Origin: Anthoceros angustus
Taxonomy: Eukaryota; Plantae; Anthocerotophyta
Length of the DNA stretch: 64,000 nucleotides
NCBI GenBank assembly: GCA_010909165.1
Contig: VJWM01000011.1
Span: 1-64,000 of the forward strand
Reading direction: 5' to 3'
Positions 13,150 through 26,545 of this stretch are shown here, piece after piece; within the stretch, counting starts at the first letter, position 1; the number at the start of each line of letters is the position of its first letter. Below the pieces are notes generated by a model that made no database searches, was not told the DNA's origin, and was given only the letters and a program-made list of their open reading frames with translations. The position numbers and the translations under genes were made by a program.

Positions 13150-13894
13150 CAGCCTTTCTGTCATCTCTGGATCAAGAAATCGGGGACCAGATTGGTGTGG
13201 CTTGGGCTTAGAAGAGAATGGTTCGAGATGCTGAAGGGTAATGCATCTACAACACACCTGCATTCCGAAGGACCAGCAAGAGAGACGGAGAAAAGAGCGA
13301 AGGTAGAAGGGAACGCCAGGCGCCAGAACCTGCCATTTGGCCTCTCCAATGCCAATGCCACCATCCGTTGCATCTGTACTCGAAGTGCTGGAATGAGGTT
13401 GAAACCGTCTCGCCGTTGGACTGTTGATTTCCCAGCACCATCATTGTAAGAAATCTGAAGGGAAGTCCCACGGAATTCGATCTGTCACACAACAGCAAGG
13501 ATGAGCGATTTGGTTAACCAACGGGACGTCGGGAGGCGAATTTCCAGCAGCAGTGAAGAAGGCGACCTGATAGGTAGCATTGGCGACCGAGTGCGTCGCA
13601 GGAATGCAGCTCGTCCCTGTGGAGACCACCTCACCAGCATGAACGTGTTGGGATGCGAACCGGAAGGCCCTAGGAGAAGGTGAAGGACAAAGCCGGCGGA
13701 GGGCCCGGCTCATCCAGCGTCTCCAACAAACCATAGATTGGGAAGAGTCGAACCTAGGTGGGAGAGAGACGGTCGCTAGAGACCAGGGTGAAGGTGTGGA
13801 GTGCAGCCAGGCCCACTCAGCGGCAGGCGGCGAGAAGAGGATCTCGAGACGACCTTGTACAAGACGAAAGGAGAGATAGATCAGATGCAGACCG

Positions 13895-14185
13895 GTGGGT
13901 GTCCAAACCGATGCACTGACAGCAGGCGATATCTTGCAAGAAGTTGAACGACGCACCTGCGGTGTGGAGAAGAGTTGTGAAGAATTATCTGCAGGTTTGA
14001 TGCGGCAGGATCTAAAGTTGAAGAGTGTCGAAGAAGCCATCAAGAAGGTGGAGGAGCGAGTCGGAGAAGGACAAACCAGGCTTGAACGGCAGCTAGAAGA
14101 AGTGTTGCAGGCTCTAGCGGTCCCTGTACCAGATACATCGACTCCCCCACCAGTGCATTTGGAACAACCGTCTCGGTCAATGAGA
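13895..14185 (+). pseudogene. N-terminal coiled-coil portion of gag, cut by the nested DNA transposon
   Basis: The heptad-like ILQEVERR...VEEAIKKVEERVGEGQTRLERQLEEVLQ ORF runs up to the element boundary; gag-like sequence resumes after 26546. Confidence 0.6.
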
Positions 14186-15039
14186 CCCTACTAGAAATGG
14201 CCCCCTATGTTACAGTCGTTGTTGCAATTTTATGTTACACTTGTAACTTGCAACATCATTTGGAGGCTTGGTATTAAGTTTGTCATTTCTTTCCGCATTG
14301 GGCCTACAATCTTAACACGAACCTTGCTCTCTCTCCTACCACTTCACCCTCTTAACTACATCCCCTCTCTCATACGCATTGTTATGAATTCCCTCATGCA
14401 AATGCAACATGGTATAAGGACCCTCTCTCTCTTCTCTATCGGTCCCCTCTTTATTACACCCCATTGGAAGTACAATTAGTTAATGTTTTCCTATTGCTCT
14501 TCATTGCACTCTCTCTTCACAACTATTGTTAATGGCGCCCAAACCTGGATATCACAGTAACATGCCCATTAATTGTCTCTCATTAATTGTCTCCTTCCTC
14601 TACCACCTGACAGCCATAATTCCTATATCAACCTTTTTTCCCTACCATAGCTATTATTGGCTTGTATACTAATTGTTTATGGCTTACCATAGCTATTATT
14701 GGCTTGTATACTAATTGTTTATGGCTTTTGCCTGATATATTGGTAGAGATAGAATACACATTACCTTCATACGTCGGTACCTACTTGTAGATCTGGATTT
14801 ACCTTCATACGTATGTATACTTGTAGAGATAGAATACACATTACCTTCATACGCATTTTTATTTTATTCATATCGTACTTATGGATTTGTACATGAACCG
14901 GATTATACATTTTTATTTCCGGACCAATCGTTCTCTTCTTTGGTCTTGGCTATGCACATTCGGCCTCGTTACCTCTTGTTCTTGCGGTTGCAAAATCGTT
15001 TGACTTAAGCGGCTTCGAACACGCGACCGCTTGTTCGTC

Positions 15040-18000
15040 ACCATCTGCCTCCTCCACTCCACCAGCGGTGCATGGACAACTAGGTTCCTTTATACATACA
15101 TACCTTGATGTCACGAAATTGGGAAAGGGTGGTACATGAGGACTAATCCCATGCTTTTGTCCGTACCCATGAGCAATGGCGTCGTCGTTTCCCCAACCCG
15201 TCGCTGGTGGTCTTTTCACATGCACAAACCTAGCAATCGTGTACTTCAACCCACACCTACCAAAGAATTCGCTTGTGTCACAAAACAAAGAATGTCACAA
15301 TTATGCATTCTTGAGTCATCGATTCGGCAGCCACAAGCTTCTCCCTTTCGCCTTCACATCACCTGCGCTCACGAACCACACATTCATCTAGATGGCGCTA
15401 ACTCTCGAAGCCCTCACTTTCTTCCTACATAAAACTAAATCCTATGCTACTTAGGCTTCTTGCAGACACCCCTACACTCATTGGTTGTCCTCGTGGAAGA
15501 TTCTTCTTCTTCTTCCAGTGTAGAACCCGTTTTCTTCCTTTGCTTGTTGGTGTCATGCTTGGTGCCGCTTTCTCTTCCCTTGCTCACGCCTCCACGGGCT
15601 CTGCGTTTCCACACATCCTTCCACAGCTTCCTTCTTTTCGACCATATGCAAGCAAAAGCCGTGATCGATGTTCGCCCATTGCATCACCATTTGCATGACA
15701 TGTTACACATTTGCACTTACACTTTTCGACCGCTCCGTGTGATCCTCCGTGTCGGTGCCACCACTTCCACATTGTTGTCCCCCTTCTTCCAGCTGCCCAC
15801 CAACTATCTTCCCTCCCTCTCCCTCGTTGTCCCCCACCCTCTTCAACGCCTTTGCATGTCTTGTCCTCGCCTCATCCATTGCTTCCCTCTTGCATTCCGT
15901 CTCAAGCATCACCATTTGCATGACATGTTACACATTTGCACTTACACTTTTCGACGCTCCGTGTGATCCTCCGTGTCGGTGCCACCACTTCCACATTGTT
16001 GTCCCCCTTCTTCCGACCAGCAACTATCTTCCCTCCCTCTCCCTCGTTGTCCCCCACCCTCTTCAACGCCTGCATGTGTATTGTCCCCTCGCCTCTATCC
16101 ATTGCTTCCCTCTTGCATTCCGTCTCCAAGCATCCTGCACATGCCACTCCAGGTGATCACATCAGTCGACAAGCGTTGCCTCGCCCACTTGCCCTCTCAC
16201 GCCCGTCATGCCTTTTCCTTACCTCTCCAATACTCGGCATGTTCTCCAAGCCATTCCTCGCTGCCCAGCTCCTCTGGTTCGCTCCCTCCCCACCGTTGCA
16301 AACTTCCTTTCAAAATCTTTCGCCTAGTGGACCAAAGGGATTGGTCCCTTGATCATGCTTTGCCGGCCTTGCGGGCGTTGCGGCGGCTTCTGAGGTGTTG
16401 GCCACACCCCCATTCTTGTGCAACGTCACCACCCTCCACGGCCTTCCTCCATGCCTTCGTTGTGACATTCGGCGGATGGAGCCATTTCGCATCCTTACCC
16501 TTCTCCTCCATATCAATGCGACTTGCCTCACCTTCTTCCCTCGTTGTGGTTCCTTGTCCGTGATGCACCGCAAACCTCGCCACAATCTCATCCCGGTCGA
16601 TGCACGGAAACTCAATCTCTACCATACTCACCTCTCCCTCGGACTCTCGTCATGGCTTGTCCACGGCACCATCAACGTCATCTTCGCACACACTAGCTCC
16701 AAGACACGCTGATGGAAGGCCCTCCTCAACAGTGCTTCTTCATCCTCCACGCATCGGCTGATCCGCATTTTCGACCCAACCTCCATCGCACGGTGGTGGC
16801 GACCATAAACACTCCTCCCGCCCGTGGAGCACTGTCAATATGGCGTCGTCGAGTTGCTTACCGGCCAGCGCTGTGGTGAGTTCTCCTATCTCTGCCGGAG
16901 TTGCAGTGGTGGGGCGTCGTCCCTGTCACCCCGTTCTTCCATCTCACCCACCTCAGCCTCATCCTCGCAATTGTCCTCGTCCTCGCCATTTCCATCCGCC
17001 TCGGAGTCGGCCGTCTCGGCCTCGGGCGCTTGCCCCTCAACCATCCTCATCTCCCACATCCGGTTGTTCTTCACGGTGGAGGTCGGGAGCATGCCCTTCC
17101 TCTCCTTGGCTCGCGTGCACCTCGCTCGCATTGCCGTCGGCATGAGCAAGTGGTCCACTGCTCCTCGGGAGGCGGATGGGCGCAGTGGGCGCACTTGTTA
17201 GGGCATCCATGCCACAAGGGCGGGGGACGGTGTTCGCTCCTCCCAGGGACCGACCACACTGCTCCAGGAAGGGCCACCTCACCGATCGGAGGACCAAAAT
17301 CCCCTGGAGCAGCACAGCGGCCCATAGGAGGCGTCGCTCCCTCCCAGCGGGGTTGATGGTCGGAAGCATCTTCCTTCCCATCCCCACCTCGGCAGGGGCA
17401 ACTTGGCATCGCCATCACCGCCTCCTCCACTCCACCAGAGTGCATGGACAACTAGGTTCCTTTATACATACATACCTTGATGTCTGAAATTGGGGTGGGT
17501 GGTACATGAGGACTAATCCCATGCTTTTGTCCGTACCCATGAGCAATGGCGTGACGTTTCCCCAACCCGTCTGCCGGTCGTCTTTTCACACATGACAAAC
17601 CTAGCAATCGTGCTTCAACCCACACCTACCGGCAATTCGCTTGTGTCACAAAACAGAATGTCACAATTATGCATTCTTGAGTCATCGATTCGGCAGCCAC
17701 AAGCTTCTCCCTTTCGCCTTCACATCACCTGCGCTCACGAACCACACATTCATCTAGATGGCTAACTCCTCGAAGCCCTCACTTTCTTCCTACATAAAAC
17801 TAAATCCTATGCTACTTAGGCTTCTTGCAGACACCCCTACACTCATTGGTTGTCCTCGGAAGATTCTTCTTCTTCTTCCGTGTAGAACCGCTTTCTTCCT
17901 TTGCTTGTTGGTGTCATGCTTGGTGCCCGCTTTCTCTTCCCTTGCTCACGCCTGCTCAAGGCTTTCCCACACATCCTTCCACCTGGCTTCCTTCTTTTAC

Positions 18001-20235
18001 GACCACCATGGGCTGCAAGAAAGCACAGCAGTCAGTATTTCGCCCATTGCATCGCCATTTGCATGACATGTTACACATTTGCACTTACACTTTTCGACAC
18101 GCTCCGTGTGATCCTCCGTGTCGGTGCCACCACTTCCACCGCTGTTGTCCCCCCTTCTTCCAGCTGCCCACCAGCAACTGTCTTCCCTCCCTCTCCCTCG
18201 TTGTCCCCCCCACCCTCTTCAACGCCTTTGCATGTGTCGTCCTCGCCGCTGCTTCCCTCTTGCATTCCGTCTCCAAGCATCCTGCACATGCCACTCCGGT
18301 GATCACATCGACAAGCGTTGCCTCGCCCACTTGCCCTCTCACCGCCACGTCATGCCTTTTCCCTTACCTCTCAATACTCGGCATGTTCTCCAAGCCATTC
18401 CTCGCCCCACCGCAGCCTCCTCCTCTGCTCCCTCCCCACCACGAACTTCCTTTCAAAATCGCCCTAGTGGACCAAAGGGATTGGTCCCTTGATCATGCTT
18501 TGCCAGCCTTGCAGACGTTGCGGCAGCTTGCTGAGGTGTTGGCCACACCCCCCCATTCTTGTGCAACGTAACCACCCCCTGCTCCACGGCCTTCCTCCAT
18601 GCCTTCGTTGTGACATTCGGCGGATGGAGCCATTTCGCATCCTTACCCTTCTCCCTCCATATCAATGCAGCTTGCCTCACCTTCTTCCCTACGTTGTGGT
18701 TCCTTGTCCGTGATGCACCGCAAACCTCGCCACAATCTCATCCCGGTCGATGCACGGAAACTCAATCTCTACCATACTCACCAGCCTCTCCCTCGGACTC
18801 GTCATGGCTTGTCCACGGCACCATCAACGCCATCTTCGCACACACTAGCTCCAAGACACGCGATGGAAGGCCCTCCTCATGTCCTTCTTCATCCTCCACC
18901 GCATCAGATCCTCATTTTCGACCCAACCTCCGCGCAGGCGGGCGACCATAAACACTCCTCCCGCCGTGGAGCACACTGTCTGACAATGGCGTCGAGTTGC
19001 TTACCGGCCGTGTGGTGAGTTCTCCTATCTCTGCCGGAGTTGCGGTGGTGGGACGTCGTCCACTGTCACCCGTTCTTCCATCTCACCCACCTCGGCCTCA
19101 TCCTCGCAATTGTCCTCGTCCTCGCCATTTCCATCCGCCTCGAGTCGGCCGTCTCGGCCTCGGGCGCTTGCCCCTCAACCCATCCTCATCTCCCACATCC
19201 GGTTGTTCTTCACGGTGGAGGTCGGGAGCATGCCCTTCCTCTCCTTGGCTCGCGTGCACCTCGCTCGCATTGCCGTCGGCATGAGCAAGTGGTCCACTGC
19301 TCCTCGGGAGGCGGGATGGGCGCAGTGGGCGCACTTGTTAGGGCATCCATGCCACAAGGGCGGGGGACGGTGTTCGCTCCTCCCAGGGACCGACCACACT
19401 GCTCCAGGAAGGGCCACCTCACCGATCGGAGGACCAAAATCCCCTGGAGCAGCACAGCGGCCCATAGGAGGCGTCGCTCCCTCCCAGCGGGGTTGATGGT
19501 CGGAAGCATCTTCCTTCCCATCCCCACCCTCGGCAGGGGCAACTTTGAGCATCGCCATCACCGCCTCCTCCACCGCATCGATCCTCATTTTCGACCCAAC
19601 CTCCATCGCACAGCGGTGGTGGCCATAAACACTCCTCCCGCCGTGGAGCACACTGTCTATGATGGCGTCGAGTTGCTTACCGGCTGTGGTGAGTTCTCCT
19701 ATCTCTGCCGGAGTTGCGGTGGGACGTCCACTGTCACCCGTTCTTCCATCTCACCCACCTCGGCCTCATCCTCGCAATTGTCCTCGTCCTCGCCATTTCC
19801 ATCCGCCTCGAGTCGGCCGTCTCGGCCTCGGCTTGCCCCTCAACCCTGTCCTCATCTCCCACATCCGGTTGTTCTTCACGGTGGAGGTGAGCATGCCCTT
19901 CCTCTCCTTGGCTCGCGTGCACCTCGCTCGCATTGCGTCGGCATAGGCAAGTGGTCCACTGCTCCTCGGGAGGCGGGATGGGCCCATGGCGCGCACTTAG
20001 GGCATCCATGCCACAAGGGCGGGGGACCCGGTGTTCGCTCCTCCCGAGGACCACGACCACGCTCACGGGAAGGGCCACCTCACCGATCGGACCAAAATCC
20101 CCTGGAGCAAGAATCGGCCCATAGGAGCGGGTGCGCTCCCCTCCCAGCGGGGTTGATGGTCGGAAGCATCTTCCTTCCCATCCCCACCCTCGACAGGGGC
20201 AACTTGCTGGGCATCGCCATCACCTGCCTCCTCCG
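15040..20235. repeat. Internal repeat family A: ~2.37-kb unit in 2 copies plus partial copies (internal ~220-bp and ~660-bp re-duplications)
   Basis: gtgcatggacaactaggttcctttatacatacatacc occurs at ~15068 and ~17440; catcaccatttgcatgacatgttacac at ~15683 and ~15907; the 16750-17420 block recurs at ~18890 and ~19570. Confidence 0.85.
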
Positions 20236-21999
20236 CAACCTTGGAAGGAACACTTGCCTGCCCATCTTCATGGTGGCGCTCCCCAGGTCCGTTGTCACTG
20301 TGCCACCCTCCGCCACGCCCTCTCCTGTCGTCTCAGATGGAGCTGCCCCGGCCTCTATGGGTCCACCCACCGTTTCCACCTCCGGGCCCGTTTCCCACCG
20401 GCGTGACTTCTTCCATGACCAGCATGCATGGGTCCCCTCTCACTGTCAATGAACAAGGGATATGAGTGCGAGGCGGCGTCCGTAGCGTCATGTTTCGAAT
20501 TGCCTCGAAGGGCGCCATGGATGGCTCATATGTTTCAAATCTAAGGCCGGCCGGTTATGCGGAGTGCGATCGCCATGAGGGGCGAAGGAAGGAAAAGGTT
20601 GCCTACGGAGGAGCCAAAAATTGCGGGGAAGGAAGGTGAGCATGCACAAATGGCGTGAGACGGATAGAGGTGGCCAAGGATGTCGGCCGTATGCGGCCGA
20701 CGACCTACCACAATCGGGAGGCGTCTCTGACGGCGTGAGACCGTAGGAAGGTGGAGGGATGAGGAGGGTAGGTCGTCTTGCCTATCCTCCTCATCGCCCC
20801 ATCCACCTTCCGGCGTTCAATCGGCGAGCACGGTGGGAGGAGGCTGCCCGCCAGGCAAAGGAGGCAACAAAGCGTGAAGGAGGAAGCCGCGATGGCGGCA
20901 CGGTAGGTTCAGTTCGATGGCGTGAAACTTGGCACCTTCCATCCCCGACGACGACAATTGGAGCAATGCGGTAGAGCCAGGACATGGACCAAGCGAAATC
21001 TTTGGACCGAGTTAGTGTGTTGTGGCACAGATGATATCGGTGGCGCTCACGCAACACATTGTATGCGTGTCGACATATAGACCGGTGTCCGGATGAAGCG
21101 TCATTTCCATGTGCATTGTGTGAATGCGGTTGGATGTGCGAAGACGATGGATGGCAAGTAGGGGGAATGGGAACTATCAAGTGGAAGAGGAGAACAACCC
21201 GTCACGCTTTGCGGAGGAGTTGGATGTAAGAGGAGGGCGAAAATGCGGGAATGCAGAAGGTATGAGCACGAGCAGACGGTCGGAGGGAGGGAGGACAGGA
21301 AGGACCGGCGGGTGCAGAGGCCCTAGAAAGGGAATGGCGGGCGGAATTTGTTGCGGTGGAGGTGTCATATCAACCGTGAGGCGAGGAAGGATAGGGCACA
21401 ATAGATGTGAATGCCCTCGTAAATGGTGTTGATAACGAGGCCTTGGTGAATGCTTTGCTGCACAAGCATGGAGTGAAATGGCTGAGGCATATTGAGTTGT
21501 GAAAGGCGTCGGCGCACCATTGTTGTTCGGTGGGCTAAGCGAAGGAGACACGAAGAAATCTTGGAGCTAGTCGGGACAAAGGTTGTGAGCGACACAGGGT
21601 ACGACAAGGTGGAGGGACGTTCAAAGCGAGAAGGCCGGTTAATCAAGTGTGTGGCGGAAGCCTTCCGTTAGTGAAGTCGTGCATAAGTAGACATTTCTCT
21701 CAAATGACGCGCGGAATGCCGAGATGTGGATCTTTGCGAAGGCCGTTCTGCTGGAAGAGAGGAAAAGGGGAACTACCTCGAATAGGAAACCTTCCATGGT
21801 GGACGATGAAGAGTGGGAAGATGCCTTAGCATGGGCACGACCACGAGCTGAAAGGCGGCCGTTTTCGCCATCCAAGCGAAATAGCAGCGAAGGAGAGACT
21901 AGCGAAATGGCGGTATGGGTCCAAACCCGTGGGGAAAGGGAGGTCGGACGGTGGGTGTTGCGGTTTCACAAGCGGTATGGCACGTATCCTGCGGATGGC

Positions 22000-24900
22000 G
22001 GCGGTATGGCATGCTAGAAGGAGCGACAAACATGGAAGTGCTATGGGCGATCCGCGGCAGGCGATTCGGTGCGGAGTTCCTCGGGCGTGTGAGGAGGCAA
22101 AGTATGCGAACCCACGAGATGCGAGATTGCGAGGATAAGCAGGAAAAGGTGCGTTCTTGAATGATATAGAGTTGGAGAAGGATCCCGATCTCGTGGCCTT
22201 CCAAGGAGGAGGATAGTGGAATGGGTCAATCCTTGAAGCGGACGGTGGGCGCTAGATGTGAGGCGGAAGCCATTCGAGCGCGGGGAGCCACAAGCATGTG
22301 GTGGAGAAAAAGCAGCGCACAAATGTGCGGGAAGGAAGGGCGAATGGCGGGGACAACAAGGCGGAGTGGAACCCGACATGGAGAGGGGCGTCACGAGGTG
22401 AGCGATCAACCATGGGAGGCGGGGACATCAAGGCGGTGGTAGGCCATGGAGCACCAAATGACAGAACAAAACAAAAGCAGTGCGGCCGTGAGAGAAGGCG
22501 CTTACGGTGGGGCAAACGCATGGCGGTGCGGGCAGCCGAGGCAAGGCGGCCCGGCATCGCCGACTATGGCGAGGCGATGAGGTGGTGGTCAGCGACACCA
22601 CGAGCAGCCGTGGTTGTGGCGAACATAGCGATGGTCATGATCGTAGAGGGGGCATGGTGGGGCATGGGTGCCTCGGGAAAGCAGGGGCAAGAACATGGTA
22701 GGGAGAGGCGTCGGTGTAAGTGAGTTGTACATGGGGCCGGTACACATCCGAGGGAATGGCGATGTCTGACGGACATCAAGTGGTAGTGGCGCAGGATGGG
22801 CGGATGGACAATGGAGGCGGCGGGGGGCCGTGGGGTGACGACATGTGTGCGCAATGGTGCCAAAAACGTTGCCCTCGGTGAGGCGGAATGGCGAGGCGGT
22901 ATGGCATGCTAGAGCGACAAACATGGAAGGCATGGGTCGCGATTCGGTGCGGAGTTCCTCGGGCGTGTGAGGAGGCAAAGTATGCACGAACCCACGAGAT
23001 GCGAGATTGCCGGAGGGAAAGGTGCGTTCTTGAATGATATAGAGTTGGAGAAGGATCCCGATCTCGTGGCCTTCCAAGGAGGAGGATAGTGGGAATGGGT
23101 CAATCCTTGAAGCGGACGGTGGGGCGCTAGATGTGAGGCGGGAAGGCATTCGAGCGCGGGGAGCCACAAGCATGTGGTGGAGAAAAAGCAGCGCACAAAT
23201 GTGCGGGAAGGAAGGGCGAATGGCGGGGGAACAAGTGGAACCCGACATGGAGAGGGGCGTCACGAGGTGAGCGATCAACCATGGGAGGGCAGGACATCAA
23301 GGCGGTGGTAGGCCATGGAGCACCAAATGACAGAACAAAAGCAGTGCGGCCGTGAGCGAGAGAAGGCGCTTGCGGTGGGGCAAACGCATGGCGGTGCGGG
23401 CAGCCGAGGGGGCAAGGCGGGAAGGCATGGGACTATGGCGAGGCGATGAGGTGGTGGTCAGCGACACGAGCAGCGTGGTTGTGGCGAACATAGCGATGGT
23501 CATGATCGTAGAGGGGGCATGGTGGGGCATGGGTGCCTCGGAAAGCAGGGGGCAACGAAGAACATGGTAGGGAGAGGCGTCGGTGTAAGTGAGTTGTACA
23601 TGGGGCCGGTACACATCCGAGGGAATGGCGATGCGGACATCAAGGCTAGTGGCGCAGCAGGATGGGCGGATGGACAATGGAGGCGGGAGGGGCCGTGGGG
23701 TGACGACATGTGTGCGCAATGGTGCCAAGCGTTGCCCTCGGTAGGCGGGCGGGGAATGGGCGCGAGGCATGAGACATCATCACGGGGATCCAGACCTCCA
23801 ATGGAGCGGGCGGCGTCACGACATGGTGACGATGAGGAAACCGAGGAGGTGGCGGAAGAGGATGGAGATGTGAGCAGCGCCGTGCGAACTTTGTACCCGA
23901 CACATACGGCGAGTCGGATCTGGACTGCACGGAGGGCTCAGAAAAGGTGGCGCAACCTATGGAGGATGGAGGAGGCGGAAGAGGAAAGGAAGGGAATGCG
24001 GCAAGGCGGATGGGGAAGGAAGAGTTACAGTCGGGGTGGCCCAAGGGGCAGTGACAAACCTGGCTGGAGGCGGGGAAGTGGGCGGAAACAAAACAAAGAG
24101 AAGGCCGAGAAGGTAAGCACACCAAATTGCAACACTCGGTATTTGTTTGTGCTTACCAAGGGCCATGGGAATGGCATGTGGTCATATGTTCTTGCAATCC
24201 CGAAGCAGGTGGAATCAGGCTGCGGCCACGGAAGGAAAAACCAGGCAAGCTTGAGGAAGGAAGGGCAAAATCGGTAGCAGTGTGGGAGGTGCAGTTTCCA
24301 GCTGCATCTGACGAGGAGTAGGCCTTCAAGAAGCGAGGCAGGCGGGGCAGAGAATGCCAACCACAACCCCAAATTCACCCCTCCAGCGAGGAGGGAGCCG
24401 AGGTCGCGGATGGAGATTGCGGTTCATTCCTCGCCGCGCGAGTGAGCAGGACACCGCGGATGCGGATGCCGGTAGATTCATCCAGCGAGGAGGAGGATAG
24501 TGGGAATGGGTCAATCCTTCGCGGACGATGGGGCGCTAGATGTGAGGCGGGGAAGCCATTCGAGCAGGGGAGCCACAAGCATGTGGTGGAGAAAAAGCAG
24601 CGCACAAATGTGCGGGAAGGAAGGACGAATGGCGGGGGACAACAAGGCGGGTGGAACCCGACATGGAGAGGGGCGTCACGAGGTGAGCGATCAACCATGG
24701 GAGGACAGACATCAAGGCGGTGGTAGGCCATGGAGCACCAAATGGCGAACAAAACAAAAGCAGTGCGGCCGGCGAGAGAAGGCGCGCTTACGGTGGGGCA
24801 AACGCATGGCGGTGCGGGCAGCCGGGGCAAGGCGGGCCATCGCCGACTATGGCGAGGCGATGAGGTGGTGGTCAGCGACACCACGAACGGCCGTGGTTGT

Positions 24901-25880
24901 GGCGAGAACATAGCGATGGTCATGATCGTGGGGGCATGGTGGGGCATGGGTGCCTCGGGCAGAGGCAACGAAGAACATGGTAGGGAGAGGCGTCGGTGTA
25001 AGTGAGTTGTACATGGGGCCGGTACACATCCGAGGGAATGGCGTCGTGGACATCAAAGGGTAGTAGTGGCGCAGGATGGGATGGACAATGGAGGCGGCGA
25101 GGGGACCGTGGGGTGACGACATGTGTGCGCAATGGTGCCAAAAACGTTGCCCTCGGTGAGGCGGAATGGGCGCGAGGCAATGAGACATCATCACGGGGAT
25201 CCAGCCTCCAATGGAGCGGACGGGCGTCACGACATGGTGACGATGAGGAAGAGCACAGGAGGTGGCGGAAGAGGATGGAGATGTGAGCCGCGAACTTTGT
25301 ACCCGACACATACAGCCGAGTCGGATGCCGAGAGCATGGACTGCAGTGGGCTCCAAAAGGTGGCGCAACCTATGGAGGATGGAGGAGGCCGGAAGAGGAA
25401 AGGAAGGGAATGCCGGCAAGGCGGATGGGGAAGGAAGAGTTACAGTCGGCATGGCGGCAGTGACACAAATGGAGGCGGGGAAGTGGGCGGAAACAAAACA
25501 AAGAGAAGGCCGAGAAGGTAAGCACACCAATTATTGCACTCCATTGTTTGTGCTTACAGCCAAGGGCCATGGGAATGGCATGTGGTCATATGTTCTTGCA
25601 ATCCGAAGCAGGTGGAATCATGCGGGCGACGGAAGGAAAAACCAGGCCGCTTGAGGAAGGAAGGGCAAAATCGGTAGCAGTGTGGGAGGTGCAGTTCCAG
25701 TGCACGCATCGACGAGGAGTAGGCCTTCAAGCGAGCAGGCGGGGCGCAGAGAATGCCAACCACAACCCCAAATTCACCCCTCCCAGGAGGAGCAGTGAGT
25801 CGCGGATGGAGATTGCGGTTCATTCCTCGCGACGAGGAGCAGACACCGCGGATGCGGATGCGTAGATTCATCCAGCGAGG
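22000..25880. repeat. Internal repeat family B: purine-rich mosaic, 3 overlapping copies
   Basis: ggcggtatggcatgctag at ~22003 and ~22895; aggaggatagt(g)ggaatgggtcaatcc at ~22207, ~23082 and ~24492; the 23750-24490 block recurs at 25150-25880. Confidence 0.85.
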
Positions 25881-26545
25881 GAGGCGCCAATTTTGGATGT
25901 GGATGCGGCAAGAAGCATGTTATCGTAGGGTGCGAAACTCGTCTTCTGTTGTTCTTGTGGTATAAGGGTTTCCAAAACAAGTACCCTATCGGGGACGCCC
26001 ACAAGGGCACGAAATACGAGTGGCGTGAAAGGCCTTTGCGGTGAATAGGGTGGAAACAAGCGTAAAATTTGCGGCCGTATTGCAAAGCAGTGCACAAATC
26101 GGATACCACTTATGCGTGTACATAATTTGAAAAGGCATCGATATGTATTTGAGTAATGACATCAGACGTGCAGGAAGCCAAGGCATATTATATATAATGC
26201 GTAACGCATAACAATAAAGCGGGGAAAAACAAAGGAATGAAAGCAATAATGGCAAACCCACATGGGAAGGAGGTTCGGTACCAAGCACATAAAGTAACAT
26301 AAGAGGGTGTAACACTTTGGTTGTTGCAAATATGTTGAAATTTTGAAAGGGCCAAAATCGCCTCTCACTACTGCAACAAAATTGCAACAAAGGCATGTAT
26401 GATTGTAACAAGATGGAGGGTTGGTTACCAAACTGGTAACAAGGGCCAAATAAGTGTAACAAGACCCCAAGATTTTAACATAATTGCAACAAGGGGGTTC
26501 AAATCTTAACAAAATGTGTAACATAGGCGGCCTTTTCTAGTAGGG

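Larger units (their letters stand above)
14186..26545. mobile_element. Non-autonomous CACTA/EnSpm(CMC)-like DNA transposon with CCCTA...TAGGG termini, 12,360 bp, nested in gag
   Basis: 29-bp terminal inverted repeats (14186-14214, 26517-26545; 27/29 identical, first 12 bp perfect), a 3-bp target-site duplication AGA (14183-14185, 26546-26548), and subterminal TGTAACA/TGCAACA-type repeats in both orientations. No transposase was recognised. Confidence 0.82.

Noticed and set aside
15040-25880. Giant palindrome formed by families A and B
   Set aside because: They have opposite purine bias, but spot checks found no reverse-complement identity; they are different sequences.
26525-26541. Helitron 3' end (CTAG|T)
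   Set aside because: No adequate GC hairpin upstream; the CTAG is part of the right TIR of the CCCTA element.
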